The notes beneath the pieces are model-generated. The model worked only from the letters and a program-made list of their open reading frames with translations, did no database searches and was not told the DNA's origin. A DNA stretch of 64,000 nucleotides from Malacoraja senta (taxonomy: Eukaryota), in NCBI GenBank assembly GCA_038087875.1, contig CM075989.1:2418001-2482000 (forward strand), given 5' to 3'. The translations under genes and the position numbers were made by a program. Numbering within the stretch: position 1 is the first letter of the stretch; every line of letters starts with the position of its first letter. Below are positions 12,160-24,084 of this stretch, piece by piece.

Positions 12160-12763
12160 AGGCTCTGTCTTACCTGTTTGCGGTCATCGGCGGTGAAGCG
12201 CGGCGTCGCCGGTAGCGAGAACCGCGCAGCAACGGCGAGAGCGTCGAGCCTATCCACCGGAGCGCCGCACGGATGCTGCGCGGGGGCCGAGTTAATTCAA
12301 ACACGGCGGGTCCCACGTGCTTGTGGTCAGTAAAAAAAGGGCGGGCCGACTGCGATGACGTCGGTCCGCCGCACGTGACTCACCAGCGGCGGCTGTGGCG
12401 GCGGCCATCCTGATCGCGGCGCTGTAGCGGTGGCTGTGCCTGCGGCCGTGCAGCACACGTGCCTCACTGGCGGCGGCACGTGCCTCACTGGCGGAGGCTG
12501 TGGCAGTGGAGGTTTGTCGCACGGCGCTCGAGCCACACTGGCGGCGGCCCGTGCGAGCGGCCGTGCCGCACTTGTGCATCACTGGTGGAGGTTGTGCGGT
12601 GAGTATTTGGTTTTCGACATTGTCGATTTTATTTTAGCACCGCGCGGTGTTGGGAACGCCGCCGCACGGCCCGGGAATTGTACGTTCTCACGAGTGCGCG
12701 GTCTATGGCGGCAGATTCTTCCCGTTTCGCCGCCAATGACCGCAGACTCGTGAGACAGGCCTT
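12160..12763. mobile_element. CpG-rich Harbinger-type MITE
   Basis: Imperfect TIRs AGGCTCTGTCTTAC..TGCGGTCATCGGCGG / CGCCGCCAATGACCGCAGACTCGTGAGACAGGCCTT; flanks TAA and TTA. Confidence 0.8.
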
Positions 12764-13397
12764 TTAGTGTCTTAGTACCTATAACTAGATCTGCTTCTAA
12801 CCCAGTTCGTACTTCTAACTGGGTTTAAACCATAATGCTATGGTTTTGGATAATAGTTAGATTAGATTAGTTGGGCACCATACAATGCATGGAAGCAGAT
12901 GTTGTCCACCACAACATTGCACACTGCATCTGAATTTAAGGTGCGAGTACGACTACTTGTCGACCTGTTGACTTCCTCTGTTGTATACTCATTTTCACCT
13001 ATCCCACAACCAACCAGTGTGGGCCTCACATTTCCTTCATTATCGTTGCTTTTTGCATATCTTCCATTCATTTCTCCCAAGCACCGTCTATATCTCTTGT
13101 TACCCATTCCCCTGACTCAGTCTGAAGAAGGGTCCTGACATGAAACATCACCTATGCCTTACCTCCACAGATGCAGCCTGACCCCCCCGCTGAGTTACTC
13201 CAGCTTTATGTGTTTGTCTAAAGTTTAAAGGAGATGTGCAGGGCTAGGGTTTGTTACACAGAGAGAGGTGGGTACCTGGAATGAGCTGCTGGATGGTGGA
13301 GGCAGATATGATAGTGGCATTTAAAAGCCTTTTGGATAGGTACACGGATATGCAGGGAATGGAGGGATATGGATAACCTCCATTATCCATATCCCTC

Positions 13398-13485
13398 TGA
13401 GGGTTTCGGCCCGAAACGTTACCTATTTCCATCGCTCCATAGATGCTGCTGCACCCGCTGAGTTTCTCCAGCATTTTTGTGTACC
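13398..13485 (+). mobile_element. Very short Penelope pLTR insertion with 14-bp TSD
   Basis: Matches the 3' end of the 57.9 kb element; GAGGGATATGGATA at 13362-13375 and 13486-13499. Confidence 0.85.
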
Positions 13486-14314
13486 GAGGGATATGGATAT
13501 CCGCAGGTAGATAATTGATGGTCTTGGCATCATGTTCAGCACAGATATTGTGGGCCGAAGGGCCTGGTCTTGTGCTGTACTGTTTTAAGTTCTATGGTCT
13601 ATGTTCTAATTGGTAAATGAAAATCTCAACTCAACGACAACCAACCAAGCAACGCAAAACTCTCAACAGTGAGAAGCCGTCAGTTGTGAAATCCTTTCCT
13701 GAGGAGAGTGGCGATTCTTCAAAATTGTCCGAAGAAAATCTGTACTGTTCACTTCAATGAAGCCTGAGCATAGTTAAGCATTTGTGCTTCAGATGTTTGT
13801 CATATGTAGATTGTGGTGACACGGGCAGTATTTTCTAATCGGGAATTCATTTAAATGGATCTTCTCACCAAGAGAATGTACAAAGGAAGGCTTAAATGTC
13901 CAAGACCCCAGGGCCCTGTAAATTGAGATATTTACTTGTGTACACAAAGGACAAAGCAAATTAGATCAATTAAACTTTGAATGAAATGCTTTCAACGTGT
14001 TAAAAAACACTTGAACATGCCAATACTCCAATTTCCTTCGCTCCATAGATGCTGCTGCACCCGCTGAGTTTCTCCAGCATTTTTGTGTACCTCCTGAATA
14101 TTCTTGCTGATCAGAGGGTAACCAGCTGCTGAGAACTTCAAATTAAAGTATGTTGGTGGGAACTGCAGATGCTGGTTTAGACCAAAGATAGACCCAACAT
14201 GCTGGAGTGTCCATCGTCAAATTAAAGTAACCAGTCTATTTATCATTGGGAGTAATCGTGAAAATAAAATGGAAGCAAAGTAAGTCAACAAAGTCCAAAG
14301 AATGATTACAACCT

Positions 14315-14575
14315 GAAACATCACCTATCCATGTTCTCCAGAAATGCTGCCCGACCCGCTGAGTTACTCCAGCACTCTGTGAAACGTCACCTATCCATGT
14401 TCTCCACAGATGCTGCCTGACCCACTGAGTTACTCCAGCACTCTGTGAAACGTCACCTATCCATGTTCTCCAGAGATGCTGCCTGACCCACTGAGTTACT
14501 CCAGCACTCTGTGAAACGGCACCAATCTATATTCTCCACAGATGCTGCCTGACCCGCTGAGTTACTCCAGCACTG
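14315..14575 (+). repeat. 66-bp tandem repeat x4 derived from the Penelope pLTR
   Basis: Units start at 14315, 14381, 14447 and 14513 (GAAACGTCACCTATCCATGTTCTCC..CCAGCACTCTGT). Confidence 0.92.
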
Positions 14576-16129
14576 TTAAGTTTAGCTGAAGATTCCAGCA
14601 TGCCCAGTTCCTTGTCCCTCCAACACACAGCCCATTGTGCGGTAAACAATTAAGTAAATAAATAAATACATCAGCTAATCCGGAAATAAAAACCAAAATG
14701 CTGGACAAAAATGAGTAGGTCAGGCAGTATTTGTAGAAAGAGCAACATTCAACTTTAAATCAGAGCTTTATCCAGAGTTTTAGTCTGAGTTTGCTTCAAC
14801 AGTGGTGGAACAGAGAACATAGAAACTGTGCAGCATGGCAACAGGCCCTTCGGCCCACCGCGTCTGTGCCGAACATGATGTCGAGGCAATGTCTGTGATG
14901 CCAAACCGATCTCATCCGCCTGCACATGGTCCACATCCCCCCATTCTCTGAATATCATGTGCCTATCCAAAAGCCTCTATTTGTATCTGCCTCCACCACC
15001 ATCCCTGGTGGCAGCACACTGCAGGAATCCAGCACCCTCGGTATAAAAAATTTGCTCCGCACATCCCCTTTAAACTGTGCCCCTTGCATTTCCAACCACC
15101 CCTTGTTATCTCCGCCCATCGACATTTTCTTGAGATGCTTTCTCCCTCTTTTGTTAAAGTAGCCCCTCCTGCTGTACATCCGTGCGGTATGTCTCCATGT
15201 GACTACGTGTTACATTCTCACTGCTCTCCCCATAAAGACATTCCTCCAGTTGCTTCTCAGATTTATTGATGCTCAATATTGCAGAGGGCATGTTTGCAGG
15301 CACAGTTACAGAGGCGTGAATGCAAACTTGTGAGCAATGACAGGTGTGAAGTTGTTCCAACAATCCCTGCTACTGCCTGCAAACCACCCTGCGGTGTTAA
15401 TGAGGTGAACTTAGAACACCAGCAACCTTACCATATATTGGTCCTGCAGTATAAATGGGGCATTAAACATGAGGTAGGATGCAATAAATCTACGTTTAAC
15501 TAGGTAAAAGTACACAGTAATCAGTTACAGCTCATTACACCAGCCCTCGTTAATCCATCAGTCTTGGATTTCCGCAGCACATTAAGGACCAGAGAGGGAT
15601 ATGCACAAGGAGAATTAGCCACTGAAACAGCGATTTACATTCTGGTTCTGTGTGCTTGATTTATAGATCAATTTACACTTATTTCAATATACATTCAACA
15701 CACCACATTCTAATTCAGGTCGATTTCTGCAGAAAGAGTTGAAGATGGATGTAAAGGCAGATCAGATAGATACCTGCAGACAGATACTCATAGGGAGAGG
15801 AGACATATGCACAGGTTAGAGGCTATTACTAAATCACCAAATATTTGACGAAAAACTGACAGCAATAGAATTAACAGTGATTTAAGGAGCATTGAAATTG
15901 TCCTTGCTAAATTGCCTTCATAATGTCTAAAAGTTTTTTAAGCTTTGGCAGCTGTCAACTATCAGTTAAGGTCAACCTCTGAACCACATTGCAGTAATTC
16001 TACAACATCCAGGCTTGGTTGGCAGTAGGTTGGACTTGCTCATGCCCCACAAATATTAGGTTAAAACCTGCAGCTATATCACTGGAGATAGATACAAACC
16101 TGATACTCATCAGGTATTGATATTGGTTT

Positions 16130-16570
16130 GTGTAGGAAGAAACTGCAGATGCTGGTTTACACCAAAGATAGACACAAAATGCTGGAGTAACTCAGCCGGT
16201 CAGACAGCATCTCAGGAGAAAAGCAATAGGTGACGTTTTGTGTCGAGACCCTTCTTCAGACTGCGAGTTAGGGGAAGGGAAACGAGAGATATAGACGGTG
16301 AATTGGAACAAAACAATGAAAGATATGCAAAAGAGTAACGATGATAAGGCAAACAGGCCATTGTTAACTGTGAGCTAGGTGAAAATATGTTATACGTAAT
16401 GAGACTTAACAAGACGACTTTGAAGATAGAACAGCAACTTGGGTGGGGCAAGAACGGAGAGAAAGGAGATGCATGAGTTACGTGAAGTTAGAGATATCAA
16501 AATTCATACCACTGGGTTCCCAAGCAAAATACAAGGTGCTGTTCCTCCAATATGCGTGGCCTCACTCTGA
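16130..16570 (-). mobile_element. Penelope pLTR plus extreme ORF 3' end
   Basis: pLTR unit followed by GGTGCTGTTCCTCCAAT (antisense of LEEQHL). Confidence 0.7.
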
Positions 16571-17079
16571 CACAATTCCCCCACCATTCAATGTTTTGGT
16601 GGTGGGTGGGGGGTGAAGGAAGGGAAGCTGAGGTATTGTCAATGCCCATATGTAGACTATAGCAATCGCTACAACTTTATTGAATAGTACGGGTGTCAGA
16701 GGTTATGGGGAGAAGGCAGGTGATTGGGGTTAGGAGGGAGAGATAGATCAGCCATGATTGAATTGATGGGCCGAATAGTCTAATTCTACTCCTAACACTA
16801 ATGAACAACAGGATCAGGCCAGAAGCTGGATATTCTTCGCAACAGTGGCTTCTCTCTGTCCCTGCAAGTCAACCCATCATTTCCAAATTTCAGCTCAATC
16901 ATTCATCAGTCATTCATCTAACCTATCCACATGACTGATCTTATAGTTTTAGTTTTCTGGTTTTAGAGAGACAGCGTAGAAACAGACCTATCGGCCTACC
17001 GAGTCCATGCTGACCAGTGATTACCATACCCTAGCCCTATCCTACACAGCAGGGACAATTTACAAATTGGATAAATGTT

Positions 17080-17530
17080 CCCAGTTATAGGAAAGATGTT
17101 GTCAAGGTGGAAATGGCAGAGGGAAGATTTACCAGGACTCAAAGGCCTGAGCTTTTGGGAGAGGTTGAGTAGGCTGGGACTCTATTACATGGAGCACAGG
17201 AGGATGCAGAATGATCTTATAGAGGTGTATAATATCATGAGAGGAATAGATTGGGCAGATGGACAGTCTCTTGCCCAGAGTAGGGGAATCAAGGACCAGA
17301 GGACATAGGTTTAAGGTGAACGGGCAAAGATGTAATAGAGATATGAGGGGTAACTTTTTCACAAAAAGGTTGGTGGGTGTATGGAACAAGCTGCTAGAGG
17401 AGGTAGTTGAGGCAAGGACTATCCCAATATTTAAGAAACAGTTAAGAAACAGTTAGATAGGTACATGGATAGGACAGGGTTGGAGGAATATGGGCCAAAC
17501 GCAGGCAGGTGGAACTAGTATACTTGGGAC
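17080..17530 (+). mobile_element. Decayed CR1 3' fragment
   Basis: ERLSRLGLY..DLIEVYNIMRG and RTRGHRFKV..NFFTKRLVGVWN. Confidence 0.8.
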
Positions 17531-17549
17531 ATCTTGAAACAAAATATCT

Positions 17550-17830
17550 AACGGAGGCATAGTGGTAGAGTTGCTGCCTTACAGCGCTAGGGACCCGGGT
17601 TCGATCCCGACTACGGGTGGTGTCTGTACGAAGCTTGTACATTCTCCCCGTGACCTGTATGGGTTTTTCTCCGAGATCTTCGGTTTCCTCCCGCACTCCA
17701 AAGATGTACCGGTCTGTAGGTTAATTGTCCCTGGTGTGCGTATGGCAGTGTAAATGTGCGGGGATCGCTGGTTGGCGCGGACCTGGTGGGCCGAAGGGCC
17801 GGTTCCCGCAATGTATCTCTAAACTAAACT
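17550..17830 (+). mobile_element. HE1-like V-SINE
   Basis: GGTAGAGTTGCTGCCTTACAGCG..GGTTCGATCCC head, V-domain and tail. Confidence 0.85.
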
Positions 17831-18124
17831 ATAGTAAAGTAAAGTTCACAGGCGCTGAAGCAGTTGAATGACTAGTCCCATTAGCAGCTGCTTGAGGTAA
17901 TGAGGGTATGCACACTCTCAGCACCATCACCACATGCCAGGCAATATAATGCAAATATATCGACACTTATCACATCCTCATCATGTTCCAAAGACTTCAT
18001 TTCCCAACAAATAGATAACTTCTGCACACAATCACTGGACATATAAATGACACTCAATTCCACACAGCAAAATTCCATCAAGAGCAAATGAGTGGATAAA
18101 CATAAAGGTGAAGAGAAGTTGTAT

Positions 18125-18183
18125 TCATGAATGTTCCACATTGTCTCGTGTGAGTGTTGCAATCTGCCTCCGTAATGCAAGTC
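18125..18183 (-). CDS. Candidate terminal coding exon of an unrecognised gene, (G)LALRRQIATLTRDNVEHS*
   Basis: Acceptor gatttcag; 74-nt intron to the candidate exon upstream; phase 1. Confidence 0.2.
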
Positions 18184-18257
18184 CTGAAATCAGTGGACCA
18201 GAATTTCAGAAGCACAGCGCAATGCAAAACTGATGTTATATTTTGTATTTAGCTCAC

Positions 18258-18299
18258 CTGGGAGTCTACCTGCCCAATGTTTCACTGTGGATTGTCTTG
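18258..18299 (-). CDS. Candidate 42-nt exon, (A)RQSTVKHWAGRLP
   Basis: Acceptor cactacag with upstream pyrimidine tract; donor CAG/GTGAGC; only phase 1-1 is open. Confidence 0.3.
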
Positions 18300-18419
18300 C
18301 TGTAGTGACCATTATCGAAAGTGAGAAAATAAAGGTTGCACTTTCACAGTAAATTTCACACATTTAGGACACATAATCTGGGACTATTTTGAGCCAGTAC
18401 AGGCAGTACGAGTGTCAGA

Positions 18420-18720
18420 GTGACACAGCTGCTAGAGCTGCTGCCTCACAGCGCCAGAGACCAAGAGTTCGATTCTGACCTTGGGTGCTGTTTGTGTGGA
18501 GTTTGCAGGTTCTCCCTGTGACTATGTGGGCTTCCTCCAGGTGCTCTGGTTTCCTCCCACATCCCAAAGATGTGTGGGTTTTTGTAGGTTAATTGATCTC
18601 TGTAAATTGCCCTCCATGTGTTAGCGGGATAAAATCGAATTGGTGTGAATGGGTGATCGATGGTCAGCATGAACCCAGTGGGCCAAAGGGCCTTTTCCAA
18701 TGCTATATCTTTCAATTCAA
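18420..18720 (+). mobile_element. Older V-SINE copy
   Basis: GTGTGGAGTTTGCAGGTTCTCCCTGTGAC V-domain and CR1-type tail. Confidence 0.8.
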
Positions 18721-18729
18721 TTCAGTAGC

Positions 18730-18950
18730 CAAATTTGCCAAAATATTATCCAATAAACTTCAATGCCAAATAATTGATTTTGTTAATGCTGTTTGAGGTA
18801 TAAATATTGGCCAGTACTCCAGGCAAAATTACCTCCACCATTTTCAGACCAGTGCTTCACAGATATGATCTATCGCAACTTCATCTAAACACTGACCACT
18901 CCCTTAGTACAACAACACCAGGATATTTGTTCTCATGCCTCTAGTAATTA
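18730..18950 (-). mobile_element. Ancient DeuSINE-like relic
   Basis: TGAGGTATAAATATTGGCCAG resembles the antisense Deu-domain core CTGGCCAATATTTATCCCTCA. Confidence 0.5.
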
Positions 18951-20092
18951 ACATTCACATAAGAAAATTTCACAAGCGGTTTGTAATCAATTCCTCTCTC
19001 CTGGTTAGTTTATTTTAGAGATACAGCGCGGAAACAGGCCCTTTGGCCCACCGTGTGGCCCCCACACATTAACACTATCCTACACACACTAGGGACAGTT
19101 TACACATACACCATGCCAATTAACCTACAAACCTGTACGTCTTTGGAGTGTGGGAGGAAACCGGAGACTCTGGCGCTGTGAGGTATCAACTCTGCCGCTG
19201 CACCACGTGGTTCGTGGTCTTGTTCCTGGGAATAATATTAACTTGAAAGGAAATTTCCCAGTGAATTTGTGATCAGCATTTTTGAGATTTTTCACATCAA
19301 CTTCAGACGGTCTGAAGAAGTGTCTCAACCTGAAACGTCACCTATTTCTTGTCTCCACAGATGCTGTCTGACCCGCTGAGTTACCCCAGCATTTTAAGTC
19401 TATCTTCAGCATGGAAACAGGCTTTCCGCCCATCAAGTCCGTGCAGACCAACACTACCTCTTTACAACAATCCCAGTACATTCTCCACACATTTCCATCA
19501 GGTTTTCGCAGACTCCATCACCCACCCACACGCCGGTGGCAATTTACAGAGGCCAATTAAGCTGCCAATATGCACGGCTTTGCGATGGGGGAGGAAACCG
19601 GACCACCTTGCAGTCACGGGGAGAATGTGCAAACTCCACACATGGTGGCGGTCGGGTTTGAACCCTGGAAGCTGGAACTGTGAGGCAGAGGCATAACCTG
19701 CTGCTCCTCTCAAGCGGAATAATATGGCTCGGTTTCATCTCTCTTTGACTTTGATGAAGGAACAATGGGCGGAAACATAGAGCGATGAAGAAATGCTTCT
19801 CCTTCACCCAGGTCAATAGATGAGAGAAAGCTCCTGGCACTTCAGTGATAGAAGTAATGAACGAGGATTAGCAGCCTGGAATCAGCCCAGATTCACAGCC
19901 TACTCAGCAAGCTTCAAAGGGCTCCAACTGTGGTGACTGCTTCAACCTAGTATCTTTGGCTTCAACGGCAGGGATCTGACTTTCAGGCTCACAGTTGTGT
20001 ATTGTTTTTTCAAGCAGGATCTCGGATTTGCCCATTCCGTGAGACTGCCCCGTGTCCTGCTGGCGACTGGCTATTAAGTAAGCTGGACTTGC

Positions 20093-20229
20093 CTGGAAAG
20101 CTACAGGGTTCCTGCGAGCTGAGGTTCACAGCAGAGCCAGAGGCCATGAAATTTGTCCAGAGTTTAGGACTTGAAAGAGGCAGGTCCCGAGGCTGGGATG
20201 AGAGCCTGCAGGTTTCGGCCTGAGGCAGG
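20093..20229 (-). CDS. Candidate 137-nt exon, LPQAETCRLSSQPRDLPLSSPKLWTNF..PCSFP
   Basis: Acceptor ttatttacag; GC-type donor CAG/GCAAGT; only phase 2-1 is open; non-repetitive sequence. Confidence 0.3.
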
Positions 20230-20322
20230 CTGTAAATAAGGCCTAATGTTGTCCTGCACATGACCATCAGACAGCCGGTGTAAGCAACGCATGCAAACTG
20301 TTCTCAAACACTTCCCACAGTA

Positions 20323-20610
20323 GTTTAGTTTAGTTTAGTTTAGAGATACAGCGCGGATACAGGCCCTTCGGCCCACCGAGTCTGCGCTGACCAGCGATCC
20401 CCGCACATTAACACTATCTTACACACACTAGGAGCAATTTACATTTATACCAAGCCAATTAGCCGACAAACCTGTACATTTTGGTGTGTGGACATCTCGG
20501 AGTAAATCCACGCAGGTCACGGGGAGAATGTACAAACTCCGTACAGACAGCTCTTGTGGTCTATGGCGCTGTGAGGCAGCAACTCTACCGTTGCACCACC
20601 GTCCTGCCCA
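20323..20610 (-). mobile_element. HE1-like V-SINE
   Basis: (AGTTT)n tail, V-domain and tRNA-like head on the minus strand. Confidence 0.85.
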
Positions 20611-20714
20611 AGTACAAGAGCAACTTCACGGCACTTTTTCACAAAGCTGTTTGTTCAGAGATTACTCTTGAAAAATGGTTAAAGATAGTGAACCTAGCAA
20701 AATAATTAGAAGTA

Positions 20715-21223
20715 TTGAACATAAACATAGAACAGGACAGCACAAGTACAGGCCCTTCGGCCCTCAATGTGTGTGGTGGACATGATACCACCATCACTTA
20801 TCTACCTGCACTTAATCCATATCCCTCCATTCCCTGCATTTCCATGTGCCGATCCCAAAGTATTTTAAATGCCACTTACGTATCTGCTTCAATCGCCTCC
20901 CCCTAGGAGCTCATTTTGGGCACTCACCACCATCTGTGTAAAAAACCTGCTCCACACATCTCCTTTAAACCTTGCCCCTCTCAACCTACACCTATGCCGT
21001 CTGGTATTTGTTTTTATCATCCTGGAAAAAAATACTGGATAACTCATAATTTTAAACCCTTCTATCAGGTTTCCCCACAAACTCCGGCGTTCCAAAGGAA
21101 ACAATCCAAGTCTGTCCAACCTCTCCCTGTAGCTTCTACCCTCTAATCCAGGCATCATTCTAGTAAACGCTCTCTGCACCTTCTCCAGAGCCTCCACATT
21201 GGGTGATCAGAACTGCACACAAT
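20715..21223 (-). mobile_element. Decayed CR1 3' fragment
   Basis: ORF 20889-21197: EALEKVQRAFTRMMPGLEGRSYRERLDRLGLF. Confidence 0.8.
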
Positions 21224-21375
21224 TATAGAGAACACGAGGGTGGAACCCGTTGTGTCCCAGTCACACGGGAGGCCTGGTCCCCCAACACAATATGCCACCA
21301 CTCACCTGTTCCCCCAACGCAACGGCAGGAGCGTCCTGTAGCTGGGGGACGGGGACGGCTTCAGGCCGAGCCTGT

Positions 21376-21826
21376 CGGGGGGGTTGTGTGGGGGGAGGGG
21401 GTGTGGGTGGGGGGTGGGTGGTGGGGGGGGGATGGTGGGGGGATGGTGGGGGTAGAGGGAGGTATGGTGGGGGTATGGGGGATGGTGGGGGTGGGGGGGG
21501 ATGGTGGGGGTGCGGGGGGTTTGTGGGGATTGGGGGGGTTGTGGGGGTAGGGGCAGGGTGTGTTTGGTAGGGGGAGGGACGTGTGTGGTAGGGGGAGTGT
21601 GGCAGAGTGTGGGGGATGGGTGTGTGTGATAAGGGGGGATGTGGGGTACTGTGGGGGAGGGGGGGTGGGGGAGAGGAGGGGGTGTAGGGGAGGGGGGTGT
21701 AGGGGAGGGAGGGTGTGGGGGGGGTGGGGGGTTGTGGTGGTAGGGGAGGGGGTGTATGTGGGAGGTGGGGCGCGGTGTGTGTGTGGGGGAGGGGATGGTG
21801 TGGGGGGAGGGGGAGGGGGTTGTGTG
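21376..21826 (+). repeat. G-rich low-complexity tract
   Basis: Dozens of G3-G9 runs separated by T/A; source of spurious Pro/Gly-rich ORFs. Confidence 0.95.
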
Positions 21827-22098
21827 GGCTGAGTGGCTTCAGGACCTGCCTGCATACATCGGCTTCCCGCTTGTCACAGAACACAGACCCCACACGCAGA
21901 ACACAGAACACAGTGCACAGTCCCCGCTCGCACTCTGCTCACTACGCCCCTATAGCTTTATTCTCGCGGCCGGTGATTGACACAGGGTGCCGGAAGGGGC
22001 GTCACCGTCCTGGCGAATAACAGACCAATAACTTTTCGATTATTTCACCGATCTGAACAAAACCTGGTGCGCTTGGAGCAGAGGAGAACGGTGAGTAA

Positions 22099-23912
22099 AA
22101 CCCCTGTCTCACTGTGCGAGCTGACCCACGAGTTACCCCGAGTTTAAAACAAATTTAAATCGTGGTAATCGTGTACAATTAACGTAGCGGGAACGTCGGA
22201 ACTCGTGGACGTAACTTAGCGAATCGTGGCGCTAACGGCAGGTACCCGTGAAACTTGTTAACTCTTGAAAAAGTTCAAACATGTTTGTACTTTTCCACGA
22301 GTAAAATGTACTCTTGTGGTTAAAAATTGAAACATTTAAACTCGTTGTAAGAACGTAGTGGCCCGTGCGTTTAACTGTGACTCGTGATTCTACCGTGGGA
22401 ACTCTTTTTAGAAACAATAATCAGGGACAGAAATATCAGTTACTTAGACTTTTTAAAGACAAATTCTGCTTAACAAAGTTAAGCAAGTTATTGATAAGGT
22501 GACAGAGTGGGTTGAAAAGAAATAATTGCTTGAAGTTTATAGATAAATTTGTGTTGTGTTGTGTTGTGTTGAAAAGCTTTTTGCTGATCCGTTTGATTCT
22601 CACTGTTTGTTTACTTCATTGCACAATAAAAGAGAGTTCTTTGCTATCAAGATCAAATTGATGTCTGGAAGTCTTCATTTTAATATCACTACAAAGTCTC
22701 ATGACTTGAATGTAATATTCCTTTCATCATAAAACACAAAATAGAGGAAGGCAAAATATATTCACATCTTGATTCTCACAATCATTTGTGAGATTTAAGG
22801 ACTCAACTGCCTCATATGCTGTGCTTTTTAAATGTTTAAAATTGTCACCTCTCAGTAGATCAGAAAATAAGACAAAGTCTTATGTGAAACAAATGTCTTG
22901 AATGTGAAACAAAGTCTTTATTCTTGTTCAATATAAAAAATGCTTTTTTGCGCATATTGAGAAAAGTAGCACCACAGCAAACAACACAGTGGTCTAAAAA
23001 AGGGCTTCTCATACATGAAAATCAACAAATGAAGCACAAATAAAAGTATTTCCACTATATACTAATTCAGCTGAGAAATGCACAAGTCTAAATTCAGGCA
23101 ATAAAAGATACAATGCAATGCGCTAAATGACAAGTTTTGAGATCTACAATCAGATAAGCAGATGCATGATAACCACGTTTTAAAGGAAAGACAGATGCAA
23201 TGAAATTACTTTTACACCTCAATAAAAAATAAAATCCACACTTAAAGTTAAACAATGAAAAGTCAGCAGGATTTAAACTAAACATGAAATTAACTGGATT
23301 TTTCTGCATGTGGGCTCTCCTCATGCAGTGATGTACCTGTGGTCGGCAGCCGCTCAAAATAAGCTGTCCTGCCACGGCACACTGCCCAATTCTGAATTAT
23401 AGTAGGAGCAGAGATGGTCTCTCTGCTCTTTTGCACTGTTGGTCCCCGTGTTACCTCGAAAACACTGCAGTGGCACCAAAGTCTCGTCGTTTGTACCACT
23501 CCTCCACGCACCTAGTGTTATTCTCCCTGTTTGACTGTCCACTAAGTCACCGTCCTGCATGGCTGTTGCTGATCCTGAAGCTGCACCTCTGATACGGATC
23601 AGGTTGTGCAGAACACATGCAGCAAACACAATAGTCTTTACGTTCTTTGGCTGGCATGACATCATTTTTTTAACATGTGATGATTTTTCAACACTTCGAT
23701 ATACATTGTTGCCTCAAGATTAACGGGAGAGGAACTTGGTAACTCGGGAGACGAACTTGGAACATCGCAGAAATGAGAAGTAAACGGGAAACTTAGACAT
23801 ACCCGTGGGAACTCGGTTAAACTCTGGATCATAAACTTGTAGTCTCGTACGCAACCACGAGTCTTTCACTCGGGGTCACTCGTGGGTCAACTCGCACAGT
23901 GAGACAGACCTT
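22099..23912 (-). mobile_element. PIF/Harbinger DNA transposon, internal-deletion derivative
   Basis: ~45-bp TIRs (AACCCCTGTCTCACTGTGCGAGCTGACCCACGAG / CTCGTGGGTCAACTCGCACAGTGAGACAGACCTT); repeated ACTCGTG subterminal motifs; flanks TAA/TTA; transposase remnant. Confidence 0.9.
23354..23665 (-). pseudogene. Harbinger (HARBI1-like, DDE_Tnp_4) transposase C-terminal remnant
   Basis: IVFAACVLHNLIR and AKEQRDHLCSYYNSELGSVPWQ are typical Harbinger transposase C-terminal motifs; the DDE core is missing. Confidence 0.88.
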
Positions 23913-24084
23913 TTAGGTGGCGAATAAATCCTAGCGATACCGTTTTTGCGCAAATTTAAAAACAACGCAGACTTGAAGTGGTCAACATGAGAGTTTTAGT
24001 AATAGTATAGATAGAAGATAGATAGAAGATGGGATACATTTGCAATATATTAGAAAGAATTACTAAACTACAGTCACTTTACAA

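Larger units (their letters stand above)
21225..24011 (-). mobile_element. Probable non-autonomous Helitron carrying a nested Harbinger
   Basis: Minus-strand start A|TCTATACTATTACTAAAA at 24011; degenerate subterminal hairpin GGGACACAACGGGTTCC at ~21242-21258; no TSD seen. Confidence 0.5.

Noticed and set aside
15433..15444. 12-nt minus-strand microexon (ctgcag/GACCAATATATG/gtaagg)
   Set aside because: Such short matches arise by chance and cannot be supported without reads
21203..22020. Long Pro/Gly-rich ORFs on both strands
   Set aside because: Artefact of the G-rich low-complexity tract, which lacks stops
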